NCBI GenBank assembly: GCA_964016885.1
Contig: OZ024740.1
Location: forward strand, 347,820,001 to 347,884,000
Source of the DNA: Eledone cirrhosa
Lineage: Eukaryota
DNA: 64,000 nucleotides
Direction: 5' to 3'
Below, piece by piece: positions 40,893 through 55,401 of the stretch. A program made the position numbers and the translations under genes. Under the pieces are notes generated by a model. That model worked only from the letters and a program-made list of their open reading frames with translations. It did not search any database and was not told the DNA's origin. Each line of letters begins with the position of its first letter. Within the stretch, counting starts at the first letter, position 1.

Positions 40893-43653
40893 TGCCATGC
40901 AACATAGAATTGTTTGCGAAATCGAGGTGGTTGGCGTGATTGAGCAAGTCATCCAAATCTGACCAAGCCCGGCCAGATATGGTGATGATTAATTTTCTAA
41001 AAGAAAAATATTAATAGAGATAAAAACAGAAAAATTAATCTTTGATAAACCTCGTTATTAAATAAAAAAAAAAAAAACACTAAAAAGTACAAATGCAAAG
41101 ATGTCTTCGATGTTCTTTGATCTAAAAAATATTGATGTTTTCACAATTAAAATCATAAATTAATTACGAACTACTTTTATTTTCTTCCTTTCTATTCATG
41201 TATTTCTTCACCATTTTCTTTTTTGGTTTTGTTTTTCACAATGTTTCATATTATCCATTTATATTTTTCATTTTTATTATTTTTATTATTATAAGTTAAT
41301 TGAGTTGAATGTAATACTCCAATAGACACTTTTTAAAAATAAAAATATGTTCGGAAACAAAGGAAAAACAAGTTAAATAGAAGCAAATATATATATAGAT
41401 AAACAAGGGTGATTTTCGTTTTCTTTTACATTAGGAATATTGAACAATGAAATATTGATAACAACAACAATTATAAAACATAATCAAAATAAACATCGGT
41501 TTTAGTTTGTTTTAGCCATCAGATATATATATTCTATTATCTTATACATCTGATGAAACGAATGAAACTTTTATTTAGGAGTTTCCTATTGCGTTCGAAA
41601 CCGTGATTCCAGTTTGATATATAAAGTGTAGCCAATAATTCTCACATTTTAAACATTAATATGTGTAGGGCAAAATACAAATCGTGTTACAGTATAATAG
41701 CTTTTGTCTTCAAATTCCTCGGGGTTATGGAGAAAGGTAAATACCAGTGAATTATTCAGTTAAATCTACTTGATTAGATCTCCCTTTAAATTTGAGACTT
41801 TATGCTTATATTATAGATCAATCGTTATAGAGTGTAATTACTGAGAGAACGTACATAAGGATGCATATGCAGGAAATACAGATAAGTGTTCAAAAATTAT
41901 TTATGAAAATATTAAATGTTTGTTTTTTTCTTTTCTCCCCCCCCCCCTCTCTCTCTCTTTCTTTCTCTCTCACTTCTGTACTTACTTTTCCTCTACACGA
42001 GCTAAACTTATGAAGTGTTTAGCTCACAGCACTGATATTGTCCCATTCAGGTAAAAATATGAAATGTTAGACACAAATATCAGAGGGCCGATATTTCATA
42101 TTCATATGGGTGTGAGAAAATACTTTGATACTAACAACTGAATAATGAAATTAATATTTGATAATATCAAATATTGCATTTGATTATAATGGAAAATTAT
42201 CGTAAAACATATTCGATGATATATTCAAAGGATCAACAAACAAAAATATCGTTTCCAGTACACGTTTTCATATCTTTTGCAAATATATACGTTATATACA
42301 ATAAAAATAAGCGATCTACACATATATATTGTGACATATCTAGAGTAGATATTTAAATCGGAATAAAGTGAATTCTTTTCTAGTTACAAATTTATGAAGT
42401 CGAAATACTGTTGTAAAAGTAAACGCCCCTAGTCCCCGAAGAATTTCCGTGTATTTCAGACTATTGCATAATTTGAACTCAGGACACAATTATTGTATCA
42501 ATACTTGAAGACTAATGGTGGTTGAGATAATATCTCAAAGCCACACATCCTACTCCCTGAAGGCGTCGCCAATTCATTGTCTTGGACTAATATGTAATTT
42601 TATCGACCCCGAAAAGATGAAAGGCAAAATTGATTTTTGCGGAATTTGAGTGCATTGCGCAGTATTTAATTTCAGAGCCCCAACAGATTAATTTCTCAAT
42701 GAAGGTTTTGGTGGGATTAAATGTCGGTAACCATGAACTTCGAGGACTCTTCTAAGATTAGGGCGATTGATGTAATTCATGTGGCTAATGTTCATCTTAA
42801 ATAGCTACATGTTTCCACGATTATCTGTATTCTCTCATGTAAACATTATTACAGATTGATTGTAGTTTAGATGAAAATGTGGATATTTTCTGAGAGCCTA
42901 TGTTATTTGAATCTGAGAAAACATTCGATCACAAAGTCGATCCTGGGAGGATTTGAATTCAGAAAGGTGTGTAACTAAATACCCTATAGAATTTTGGTCA
43001 TCACGTTTCCAATTTTGCTGATGCACCCTGTCATCAGTGAAATAATGAATTACACACTACGAAAAGAAGCCGCTGATGTACTCTCACACATTTTAATTAT
43101 GAGTAGCAAAAAAAAGCAGCAATAACTGTTTACATTTTCTGCACTGACTACGCTAAATGATGCCTGCAACAACAAAATGAACAATGAGACAACAAATGTG
43201 CTTCTATGATAAAATGCGTACTACTTGAGTATTGGAGACTATTTAATCAAATATGTATCTCTCATCGAATTTTTTTGCATCATGTTTATGATAGAGATCA
43301 ATCCTTCACCAAGGACAATAGAACTTGGATCAATGTTTACTAGAATTCGCTATTTATGGAATGGACATTGCAAAGTAATCCCAGCACAAAATTAATATCT
43401 TATTCATGGATAGAGTTTGCACTTGAGGCACGATCTTAATGTCTTTTAAAAGGCATTAAAGATACACTCTAATACGCAAATTCACATTTGTCAATATGTA
43501 AAAGATCAATCAAAATCTATAATTTAAAAAGATATTTCATTTAAAATTCAATATCCAATCGCCAGATGACTATTCAGCACTAAAAATGGACCGATATCTA
43601 TGCTTAATTATGAAACGATCAGAAAATCAATATCAATCAATAAATCAATCAAT

Positions 43654-43705
<52 letters not shown>

Positions 43706-43741
43706 GTCTCTCACACATATATGCATATATATATTTATATG

Positions 43742-44262
43742 GTGGCTGCCAACTCGTTTTCGAGTACGGCCACTACTTTATATCCGTGTAGGAGAACCCC
43801 TACCAATGCGCTGAACGAGTGTGACTTTTTAGTCCAGCCAGCGACTTGAAAACTCTGGTACAAACACTACACTTGTGACAATTATTGACACATAGTGCTG
43901 GGCCCATGGTACCATGTGACGACAAGTGCAGAGAGATCTCCAAATATAAAGCAATGCCTGTGCCGTGAAGCTTTTATAGTGAGCAAAGGCACTGCACAAA
44001 GCCAGTCCCACTCTCTTAACCAAGATGATATTTACCAAAAAGAAGAACAATTCAACATCATTGGATACCATCAGGGTTGCAGGTATTATATCAGTTTTCC
44101 TTCTCCTAGAATTCTGCCTTGACAAAGGCTAAGGGGTCATCTCTCCCGGTGATTTTGGATGGCTATTGACTCTTAAGAGCCCCTTTGCCTCTTGACAGGT
44201 TTTGTTTTTAGTCCTGCAGGATGTCCAAAGCCACCCTCCTCACCAAGAAACCTTGGTGGGGA
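43742..44262. repeat. Interspersed repeat, possibly derived from an RTE 5' UTR; partial copies at 692-873 (inverted) and 1-29
   Basis: 44016-44195 matches the reverse complement of 692-873. Contains CTAGGAGAAGGAAAACT on the minus strand. Confidence 0.6.
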
Positions 44263-44324
44263 TATATATATGTATATATTTATATACATATATATATATA
44301 TATACATATATATATATGTGTGTG

Positions 44325-44417
<93 letters not shown>

Positions 44418-44426
44418 GTATATATG

Positions 44427-44498
<72 letters not shown>

Positions 44499-44769
44499 GA
44501 ATATATATATATAGATAGATAGATAGATTGGTAGGTAGGTAGATAGACAGAGAGGGGAGGAGAAGAATGGGCTGTACCAGCACTGAGCTACTGCTTTTGT
44601 TTTTCAACAACCAAAGAAGAAAAGGCAACGTGGAACTCGCTGAGATTTTAACTTAGAGGGCAGAGAGCCAGCATAAATGTCCATCACTCAACCATTTCAC
44701 AGCATAAATTACATGTATACATACACACACAGAAACATACATTCATACATACTCACATGTATATATATA

Positions 44770-45166
44770 TACGATGGCAATCCCAAAAGTAAGGTCTCCT
44801 TCCGATATTGCAACTATTCCGTTAAAATCCTGTGGATGGTGCTTCGGGAAACCTCAGGAACAAAAATGCAGAGAGCATCCAGAGTATCCACCAATCTTTA
44901 CGCATGTTTTCCTCGGAAAGAGACCTTACTTTTGGGATTGCCCTCGTATATAATAACTGCGCGAAATTCGCACTTGGTGGTAGCGTTCAACGAGAGCTCC
45001 ATTCTCAACGGCTGCCAAGCCAAGATTGAGCATCCCAGCGAAGCGTGCGCATGCTTGTTTGGGAGTGAATAAAGCACCAATCACAACAGTGTTGCCAACA
45101 GCCGTACGAACAGTTTCTCTGCGTCCTCATCGCGTTGAAGACCTTACTTTTGGGAATACCCTCGTA
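44770..45166. mobile_element. Tc1/mariner-type MITE with one left and two right TIRs
   Basis: TACGATGGCAATCCCAAAAGTAAGGTCTC (44770-44798) is inverted at 44920-44948 and again at about 45139-45166. TA flanks. Confidence 0.72.
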
Positions 45167-45170
45167 TATA

Positions 45171-45290
45171 TAACGAAGGAATTGTGGTAAGGAACCAGAT
45201 GGACCATAACGCACCAAAGTACTCAATACTTAGGGTAGTAGAGTGGGTAATAGGAACAAGTATGACCCCGACGGCAGAGCTCAAGCCGTT

Positions 45291-45294
<4 letters not shown>
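45171..45294. repeat. Truncated copy of the 24061 family
   Basis: TAACGAAGGA...GGACCATAACG...GTACTCAATACTTAGGGTAGTAGAGTGGGTAATAGG...CCGTTTCGA, then (TA)n. Confidence 0.8.
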
Positions 45295-45337
<43 letters not shown>

Positions 45338-45969
45338 GTTTATGTGCGTGTGTGAGTAAGTTACTTGAGTAGATGTATCATCTCATTAATGTGTTATGAT
45401 TGGAAAATAGAAGCAGTTAAGGTATGTATGCTTGAATGGCCGCGAAGGAAGCCGATATTGAATGAGTTTAATCAACGGAAAACTGTATTGTAACACAATA
45501 ATAAATAAACTAATAAATACACTAAATAAAGAATATTATTATAAGTATTATCTTTATGATCACTGTAATAGCCTTAATAAATATTAATATTGTATAACAA
45601 TAGCAACAATAGCAATAACATCAATATGTGTAGTAGGCAATAACCAGCGATATATTGCAGTCTCTCAAATTTACTTTATATTAATTTTATTTTTTTGAAT
45701 TTATCCCGTTTATGTATCGAGCAGGCTAGCTGCTTACCTCCCCTCTATTTTTGTTTTCTTCTTTATTCAAACGCCTACACATAAATCTCCTCCCTTCTCA
45801 CTCTAACGTACACAGACCGGTGCCCCTCCACCCACCCTTCATGCACCACCACCTCTACACGACTCACATATTTCACATCTTGTTTTTAACCTTTATTTTC
45901 CACTTCATGTTTTATTTTATTTCCACTAATTCCTCCCTCAATCCCTCTCGGAGTTCCTCCTCCCCCCCA

Positions 45970-46003
45970 CTCTCCTGATGAAGGGCTTATGCCCGAAACG
46001 TCG
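45970..46003 (+). ncRNA. Minimal PLE-type hammerhead core within a PLE 3'-end-like fragment (about 45730-46065)
   Basis: CTGATGA-A-GGGC(TTAT)GCCC-GAAA-CG-TC. Stem I pairing is largely lost. Confidence 0.6.
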
Positions 46004-46092
46004 CACCCATACATCCCACTCTCACTAAGCGTGAACTAATACCTTTTGTAACTTGGGCTCCTGCGTTGTTGTTGTTTTTTACTCCCCCCCCT

Positions 46093-46119
<27 letters not shown>

Positions 46120-46123
<4 letters not shown>

Positions 46124-46293
46124 TGTTATACTTTGGGAGGGTCATGTTGCCAATAAGAAACACACGCACCAGTTGCTTTCACTTCAATTTATTATATATT
46201 TATAAATTTATAAATATATAATAAATTGAAGTGAAAGAAACTGGTGCGTGTGTTTCTTATTGGCAACATGACCCTCCCAAAGTATAACAATAT
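46120..46293. repeat. Near-perfect 174-bp palindrome with AT-only centre
   Basis: ATATTGTTATACTTTGGGAGGGTCATGTTGCC... is mirrored by ...GGCAACATGACCCTCCCAAAGTATAACAATAT. A related single arm lies at about 21768-21840. Confidence 0.85.
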
Positions 46294-46392
46294 CGGTTTC
46301 AACACACGATTTCAGATAAAGAATCTTGATAAACAAATTCAGAAACGAAATATATATATATAAATAAATGTAATCTGAGTTTTTCGAATATT

Positions 46393-46496
46393 AATAATTG
46401 TTTCTACTTTAGGCACAAGGCCAGCAATTACCCAGTGCATTACTGGTACTTTATTTTATCGACCCCGTAAGGATGAAAGGCAAAGTCAACCTCGGG
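46393..46496 (-). mobile_element. SINE 3' half
   Basis: Matches the family tail and central domain. Confidence 0.78.
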
Positions 46497-46810
46497 GAAA
46501 TCCGACGTGTGGCTTATGTATTGACGAACGAATAACTATTCTAAAGAGATTACGCAATAGTGATTGCCTAAAAACGAGAGATGGATTTTTCACACGTTGT
46601 CCACACGTCGCCAAACACCTATTGCATAACTTCAAGGCTCCGGACTGATTCTTCGTAATCTTATTTTCAATTAAAATTTTTTCGGACTTTCGTAGTTATC
46701 TCCCTTACACCTTTCGCACGCAGTCTAGTATTGCATGTGTGAAGTGACCGGGTTTCTGCGCATGCGCGTTCGTACGGTTGTCCTTCCTGTTCCTATAACA
46801 AGGCCCATTC

Positions 46811-46847
46811 CGAGCTGAGGAACCGTAAGCTGAAACAATTGTTCTCG
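46811..46847 (+). ncRNA. Minimal type I hammerhead motif
   Basis: CGAG-CTGAGGA-ACCGTAAGCT-GAAA-CAATTG-TT-CTCG. Palindromic stem III, one mismatch in stem II. Confidence 0.65.
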
Positions 46848-46911
46848 ATATGGTGAACTAACTGTTGTGTAACCACTTCTATATTATATATATATATATA
46901 TATATACAGTA

Positions 46912-47118
46912 TAACGAAGGAAGTGTGGTAAGGAACCGTGTGGACCATAACGCACCAGAGTACTCAATACTTAGGGTAGTAGAGTGGGTAATAGGAAAAT
47001 GTTCAAGACCTCGACGGCAGAGCGCAAGTCGTTTCGGACAAGCTATTTCTGGACTAGTCCAGAAATAGCCTTCGAAACGGCTTGAGCTCAGTCGTCGGGA
47101 TCTTGAACTTTTTCCTAT

Positions 47119-47120
<2 letters not shown>
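46912..47120. repeat. Copy of the 24061 family with a 132-nt imperfect palindrome
   Basis: 46989-47120 folds around GGACTAGTCC. Confidence 0.8.
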
Positions 47121-47152
<32 letters not shown>

Positions 47153-47177
47153 ACACACTCACATATATATATATATA

Positions 47178-47218
<41 letters not shown>

Positions 47219-47233
47219 ATACGTATATATATT

Positions 47234-47266
<33 letters not shown>

Positions 47267-47878
47267 ATGAGTGCGTTAATTTATACATATAAACATACAT
47301 AAACGTATGTATATTATATATCTCTATGGGAAGGCCAGAAAAAAATCTGAAACATACCTATGTTTTCTTAATAAGATGAGCTGGTTTATATAATAACGTC
47401 CTGAAACCCATTCACTTTGGTAATGGAAATTCCTTTTTAAAACTCACTGCAACATCCATAGAAATTGGCAAACCATAATTTTACAAGTCACTGACGTGCT
47501 AGAAATAGCAGTCAAATCTCCATTAAGAAGAACACTTTAAATAATGTAATAGTAGGATAAACTAAAATGATTTGATGGTCATTTCTGGATGTTTTTGATC
47601 ATAGGTCCACTGGATCACTACTTATTTGGAGTTAGCTACCATAACCACCACCAGTACCACCACCACCACCACCACTACCACTACCACCACCACTACAATC
47701 ACCACCACCATCATAATCATCAATAACAACAACTCTGCTCATATAGATACGTACACATATCTGCTGATCTTGACAGCAATATGGTACACTCAGAACATTA
47801 TAGCAATACGTATCAGTTGTTCGGACGATTACACACATACCATAAATTTGTTTTATCAAAGCTTGCTTGGAACTGTGT

Positions 47879-48067
47879 AATAACTGTTTCTACTTTTGGC
47901 ACAAGGCCAGCAATTACCAGTACATTACTGGTACTATATTTTATCGATCCCATAAGGATGAAAGGCAAAGTTAACCTCGACGGGATTTGAACTCAGACCG
48001 TAAAGGGACGTAACTATGCTAGAAAGCATGGCGTCCAACCCTCTACCGGTACTGCCAATTCACCGCC
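47879..48067 (-). mobile_element. SINE, full length
   Basis: Matches the family consensus through CACCGCC. Confidence 0.85.
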
Positions 48068-48184
48068 CTTTGTGTAATAACAATGGCCACATATATTCAC
48101 GACTCTCTATCTATATGTGTATCAATGTAATCATCTACCTACGAACATAACGTATATTTACATGTGTATATATTTTATGAACAT

Positions 48185-48840
48185 CAAACAAGCTTTTGAC
48201 CATGTTCCGCGGATCTTTTGAGAGTTCTTTGCAGGAGTATGGGATCGATGGACAGATTCTTGTTGACTTGAAGTCTCCACATGTATGCACTATCGTTGAT
48301 TATCGGAAAAATGGAGCCAACTCGAAACCATTCAATGTGAGTGTCGGACCCTGCAAAGAGTGGGTCCTGCCACCTCTCGTGTTCAACATATATAGTCGAC
48401 ATTTAAAACCGTGTTGAATGTGGTATCAAAATCGATTGATGTAGGATCAGCCGTGATGAATATGCAGAAGACATGGTATTATTTAACTCGTCGGAATGCG
48501 ATCTCCTACACGCATTGGAGGGGTTTGCTGCCAAATGTTGCACAATAGAAATCAAAACCAGTGCTGCAAATACTAAGAATCAGTATTCTATTATCAGAAG
48601 AAGTGAGGTAGGTGTAAAAGCCAAACTCACTATATTCAAATCGGTGTTCGTGTCTCCATATGGCCATTTATCTTGAGTAATGACCAAAATAATGCGATTG
48701 AGAATAGAAGTGGCCGAAATGGGTTTCTCTGACCGGTCATTGCATTAATGTTAATAAATAACATGGAGATCAAGGAGTCGCTCAAAGTAGAACCACTATT
48801 AATCCAAATCGTGAGATGACAGATGCAATACTACGAACAC
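48185..48840 (+). mobile_element. Decayed RTE-type LINE fragment related to 39040-39880
   Basis: LQEYGIDGQIL..LKS...SKPFNVSVG...VLPPLVFNIY. Shares AATAGAAGTGGCCGAAATGG with about 39662. Confidence 0.68.
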
Positions 48841-48889
48841 ATTTCATATACATAAATGTAAACAGCTATGCCGAACCTACATTTTAATT

Positions 48890-48956
<67 letters not shown>

Positions 48957-49083
48957 AACACTTTTAGCGATTTCAGTCAGTAAACTGAGCCTATGCTCAG
49001 TTTATGATCATTTCAAATCTGATACTTATGTCGGCTTTCTCTTTTTCTCGAATCACTAAGGAACGGAGCATAAACCCCCCCCC

Positions 49084-49215
<132 letters not shown>

Positions 49216-50599
49216 TGCGGACTTTTCCTCCACACAATTTCATTCAGAAATCATGGGTCAACTGGTGGTCACAGCAAAAGACACTTGCCCTAGTTGTCAC
49301 GCACAGGGACTAAACTTCAATCCAACTGGTTGCGAAAGTTCAGTGTTATATTGTAAATAAACTCTTACAGCTGTTTCGTCTCTAATTTCACTAATTTAAG
49401 AAACCCGTTTTTGTATTTTATATTTAAAAACGATGTATCTAAAACAAAAAGAGAAAGAAAAAGCAAATGGAAAAGGAAAAACATCGGCGGTGGTAAGGTT
49501 TCAACTCATGAAAAAGAAAATAAACGAATTTATATTAAGTAAAAAAAAAAAAGGTGGGGATACAGAAAAAAAAATGTAGATTATTTATATAACTAAAGAA
49601 AAGAATTTTAAAGAGCTCTAGTCAACACATTCGTTACAACACATTCTTGATAAGCAATCATAAGTGAGGCAACAGAACATGTCATCACCTTCCTAACCCA
49701 CAAACTAAACTCATCTTGCTATGAAGCATACATATATTTATTTATTGATGAATGCATATACTACTCTACAATTATTCGTATCCTTTTTGAATTCGACTTA
49801 TTTTTCATATCCTTTTATTCTTTTATATGATTATTTGCTGTCTTTGTATTAATTTTTTTATTAGTCTTTTATTAACTTAGAATTCTCAATAGTTTTGCAT
49901 TTTTACGCGAATTCTTAATACTTACACATTTATTTATCTTGCTATTCATGAACACTAATTTTATAATCGCCCATTCCTTTATCCGCCCTGCGTTATATAT
50001 TCTTACTAAGTTGGCATTCTCGAATATCTTATTTCACTTTTCCCAAATACATTCACCTATTTCTTCGGACACAATATCTCCCACATAACTGTAACCCAAG
50101 TTATCCAATTGAATTTATTAATAGATTCTTGATTACTGTATATTTACTGTAGCCTTCTTTTATTGCAACCACGTATACATTTTCCAGTATAGCAATATAT
50201 TAATAATTATATTTCTATTACTCTCATCGATATTATTATAGGTATTATTAGTGGCATCGTTCGATATCACTTGGGAAGTTAGATTTTTAAACATATATGA
50301 CATAATCAAAAATACCTTCTTCCAGAACTTGTGTGTTCTTTATCGCCGAACTTCTAAAAAATGCTAACGGATGATTTCAGTCAACCCTGGATGATATATA
50401 ACTTGTGGTGGACGGGCAGAAATATGGGGTATTTTGATTTGACATGGTTAGTGGATTACTATCCATGTATAACTGGTCAACCCGAAATATTATCGATATG
50501 ATGTAGTGTTATATGTTGTGTATTTTAAATATTAATGTTATAATTATTTCATGTTACATTAAATTTTCAATCCCCTCGATTTTATATGTCTGTTCATTT

Positions 50600-53330
50600 T
50601 CACATGCATTATAACCCCTCTCACGACGTCGTCTTCCACGCCATTCCACTTGCTGTGCATGTTGCGCTTCTGAAAGAGCGTAGCCATTCTTTGCCTGCTT
50701 CCTCCAGGCACTGCAGTCTGCAGTCAGATCATGCTATGTGAAGAGGTTCAAGTCAAAAGCGTTCAGATCCTTGGGTTGCCTGCGTTATTCTTGCCATTTG
50801 CTAATTCACCAAACAGGAGCTGCTTTGGAATGCGACTATCTTACATTCAACAAACATTGCTGAGACGTCTGAGACGGTTGTTCAGGATCATTGTTTCAAA
50901 TATAGTTGTCCTTACACATCATAGAACCTCTGTACTTGTCCTTTTGTGTTACCATCTCATTTTAAGTATCTGGCGCAAGGAGCGTTGATAGAAGGATTCT
51001 AATTTGCGTAGGCGGTGAGCAAACGTGAACCACGTGCCATTGCCTTACAAAAAGGATGGGTGAACTATGATTTTGTACATTGTGTTTGGTTGCATCCGAT
51101 AGGCTTTACGATTCTACACAGTGGCATTAACGGAGCGGAAAGCAGCAGCACCACGAAGTATTCTGCGCTTAATCACTGAATCTATGGACGAATCATCGGA
51201 TATATTTTCTCAAAGGAAGGTGAAATTTCTGGCACGTTTAAAAGTGATATCATCATTCTTGATTTGCAGTGGATTCACATTGCAAACATACATGGCCTCT
51301 GTTTTCGTTTTGCTAATTTTCAGCACCAATTCTTTACAGTAATTATTCAAAGCAGTAGCAGCTCTTCGCAGAGAGTGCACACTTGATGTAGCCATGACTG
51401 CGTCATCTGCCTATTAAAGTCACTCTGTTTAGAAGTACTGGTTGACTTTGTCTTAAAGTGACGTAAGATGAAGATGATGCCACCAAGCTTGTAGCGTATA
51501 TCAAAACGAAAGTTTGGCATGGGTTTGTGTGCATGGTTCAAGACAAAGGTTAAACAAACAGTGTTGGTGCGAGAATACAACCCCAGCGAAGACCAGTTGA
51601 TATTTCAAATTCCTCTATGAGCTCATCACTCATGGAAACTGTGGCGTGCATGCCATGAGCGAAGCTTCTGATGACATTGACCTCATTGTGAAGTATTCCA
51701 ATGTTTATCAGTAGGTGCAACATGCTGTTCCTGTTCGCTGTGACAAATGCCTTTATCAGATCCATAAATGTGTTATGCAATTCTTGGTGTTGTTCACAGC
51801 ACTTCGCAAGAAGCTGACACAAGGCGAACATCATATCATTGGTTGACCTGTTTCCACTGAACCCGCACTGCACCTCTGGAAGAGACCTTTCAGCAATCGA
51901 CAAGATTCGGTTCAGGATCTGTGTGAATGTTTCCCTGTGATGCCTAACAGAGTGAGACCTATGTGGTTACAACAAATGAAGCAACAATGTTTTATAAAGG
52001 GTAATAATGTTTCCACCCTTGGTGTCCTGTGGCACTAATTTTTCCTGCCAAATAAAATAATTGTTTCTACTTTAGGCACAAGGCCAGCAATTACCCAGTG
52101 CATTACTGGTACTTTATTTTATCGACCCCGTAAGGATGAAAGGCAAAGTCAACCTCGGCGGGATTTGAACTCAGATCGTAAAGGGTCGTAACTATGCTGG
52201 AAAGCATGGCGTCCGATCCTCTACCGATACTGCCAATCCACCGATACTGCCAAATAAAATAATTGTTTCTACTTTAGGCACAAGGCCAGCAATTACCCAG
52301 TGCATTACTGGTACTTTATTTTATCGACCCCGTAAGGATGAAAGGCAAAGTCAACCTCGGCGGGATTTGAACTCAGATCGTAAAGGGACGTAACTATGCT
52401 GGAAAGCATGGCGTCCGACCCTGTACTGATACTGCCAATCCACTGCCAAATAAAATAATGATGTTTCAGCAGCAGTTCTTTGACGTCAAGGGCCACCCTC
52501 TTTTAGGACGGGATGTAATCTTGTCCAGGAGCTTTGTTGCATAAAAGCCGCTTAAGAGCTTTTGAGAGCTACTCGGCTGTTAATAGATTTTCCAGTTCTG
52601 TTAGAACCTCCCTTTGAGAAATATATTCAAGTACATTCATGTTTGTGTTATTTGGCTGGTTTAGCCACTTGCTAAAATTGTCTTGCTAACGCTTGAGGCT
52701 ATCGTCCTTGTCTGTGAGCGTCTTGCCAGTCTCATTGACGGGTCTCAGCCCCGATGACCGACGTTGTGTGACACATTTCTATCGCGGTGATGCGCATGTC
52801 GTTCAATTTCACATGTACGGTCAAGCTACCACCGATTCTGCATACAGCGCAGCTCAGTTTGGCATTTTTTTGTAGTGATTCTGTATCGTTGGTGGTTTTG
52901 CAGAGATTAATCTCTAAGAACTACCTGGAAGCTGTCACAGATCTGTTTAAACAGGTCTGTAATGATAAAATTGTCCTCATCGAACCACTCTTAATCACTG
53001 CGTATGAAGATAAACTACATCCGGAAGCAAGGTGCACAGGAGATTGGAGGTTTTGAGGAACGTGGAACTACGTGATCTCAGATTGGTCTTGAGTGAAATA
53101 GCTACACCTTCAAGTTAAGGTTTGTCGTTTGGTCTTCCTGAGTGGAAGAAACTGTAATTCTCATTCACAAGCTCACCTTCCTCGGCATCCGGCATTCACT
53201 TAATCAGGCAAAGTCAATGTTGAAACGCTTCAGTTCTGTGGCTATTAGTGCAGACTGTCGTTCCGGAGAGTGAACTTAGATGTTACGGTGTCGGACATCG
53301 TTCTCACCATCTAAAACGCAATATCGTCAT
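50600..53330 (-). mobile_element. Decayed RTE (BovB-like) LINE interrupted by a SINE dimer
   Basis: LPEVQCGF..NRSTNDMMF.LCQL..KCCEQ...FMDL.KAF, TGLRWGCILAPTLF, KISKTKTE. An APE N-terminus (ALIATELKRFNID) lies near 53215-53255. Confidence 0.8.
52045..52459 (-). mobile_element. SINE dimer inserted in the RTE element
   Basis: Two near-identical units. CTGCCAAATAAAATAAT occurs at 52045, 52247 and 52443. Confidence 0.88.
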
Positions 53331-53368
53331 ACCCAGTTTATGATAGTAGACTCTCTAACATACTATTT

Positions 53369-53440
<72 letters not shown>

Positions 53441-53520
53441 CAGCAGCAGCAGCAGCAGCAGCAATAGAAGAAGAAGAAGAAGCAGAAGAAGCAGAAGAAG
53501 AAGAAGAAGAAGAAGTAGTA

Positions 53521-53553
<33 letters not shown>

Positions 53554-53570
53554 GTAATAGTAGTAGTAGT
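53369..53570. repeat. Compound trinucleotide microsatellite (TAG/CAG/AAG)n
   Basis: Seen directly. Confidence 0.95.
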
Positions 53571-54433
53571 TCATGGTAAAATCATCAATCATACTACCTC
53601 AGGAGTTTATTTTTTCAGATATTATACTCTCATCTTCATTTGATGAAAAATATATTATACAGACTGCTAGGCTTTCAACGGCAACAGCCACAAAATGCAA
53701 TTTATCCGTTAAAGCTTAGTTTTTAATCATATTTCTCCCCCACAATGTTACGGGAGGCGAATTTCACCTACCTCGGGGGGGGGGGGGAGATATATCCGAT
53801 GATTCGTCCATAGTTTATGGTCGAAGTGATAATGTTAGTACTAGAGAGCGTGTCAAAAATATAAATGAGCAACTCACCCGCTCAAACATGCATGTGTATG
53901 CGTGTGTGTGTATGTGTGTGTGTGTGTATGTGTGTGCGCGTGTGTGTGTGTGGGTGGGTGTAGGTGGGGGCGTTATTATTTAAAGGGTGCCTATAACGCT
54001 GCGGTTAAGGTTGATGGACTCCAATACTAATAATATATTTCCTGCAAGAGAAGGGTTCACGAATCCTCTCACAAGAATCCCTCATTGGCATGACTGAAGC
54101 TTCGTAATTGGTCCATCCAATATACTGTTGATCGTTATTTCAGAAACAAATACCTTATTCGATTGCAGACAAGTTTTATAAACATTCTGAATTTCGGTAT
54201 GTTAAGAAAGTGAAGACAGGTTAACTATCAGCATATCATTAGTACTTCATCAGCAGATGTATACATTCATATATTTGAGTATTGAAGTATTGGGCTGTAT
54301 ATATACATAAAAAACATGTGTCCAAACACACACACACAGATACAGAGAGACAGACAGACACAGGGTGTGAGAGAGACATTGAAGCAATAAGCACATTCAG
54401 TTATATATCTAATGTACGTATCTGTAAGCACAT

Positions 54434-54566
<133 letters not shown>

Positions 54567-54585
54567 CATATTTACATATATATAT

Positions 54586-54618
<33 letters not shown>

Positions 54619-54750
54619 CATATCATATATACATATATACATATATATATATATAAATATATATATATACATATACATATACACATATACATACACATAT
54701 ATATATACATATATACATATATATATATACATATATATACATACATATAA

Positions 54751-54835
<85 letters not shown>

Positions 54836-54851
54836 CATACATATATATATT

Positions 54852-54956
<105 letters not shown>

Positions 54957-55401
54957 GTGTGTGTGTGTCTGCGTGTGCGTGCGTGCCCTTGCGCCTCAGC
55001 ATGTAGTTGTATGTGAGTGTATGAATATGTATGTATATATATATAATTCTTGACACATCATTTGTAAAAATGACTTATCCTTTATATTTGAGTTACTAAA
55101 GAAACAAAGGAAAAGATAAACACATGTGTTTGCTTGTTTATTAACCATTCTGAGAGGTTTATATATGAGATGAGGAAATGTGTGTATTGACATGTACGTG
55201 TACATATGCATGAGTAGGTGTACGGATCTTTGTAGGTAATACATAAAGACTCATACATATACAGTTTTACAGCACAGATAATGTTCAAGCCTGTTTCCTG
55301 TAAAATAAACTATATACTACAGAATCAGACAGTATACATTTATAGTAAATAATATTACTGGCAGTATTTTATATTGTATTTTAAAGAATTTGATATAGAC
55401 T

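Noticed and set aside
41518-41575. CTGATGA...GAAAC motif
   Set aside because: No credible stems II and III; probably chance in AT-rich DNA.
48965-49015. 10-bp hairpin TAAACTGAGC/GCTCAGTTTA with a GAAA on the minus strand
   Set aside because: No CUGANGA core.
49361-49385. Minus-strand GAAA-CAGCTG-TA half hammerhead
   Set aside because: The 5' half of the core is missing.
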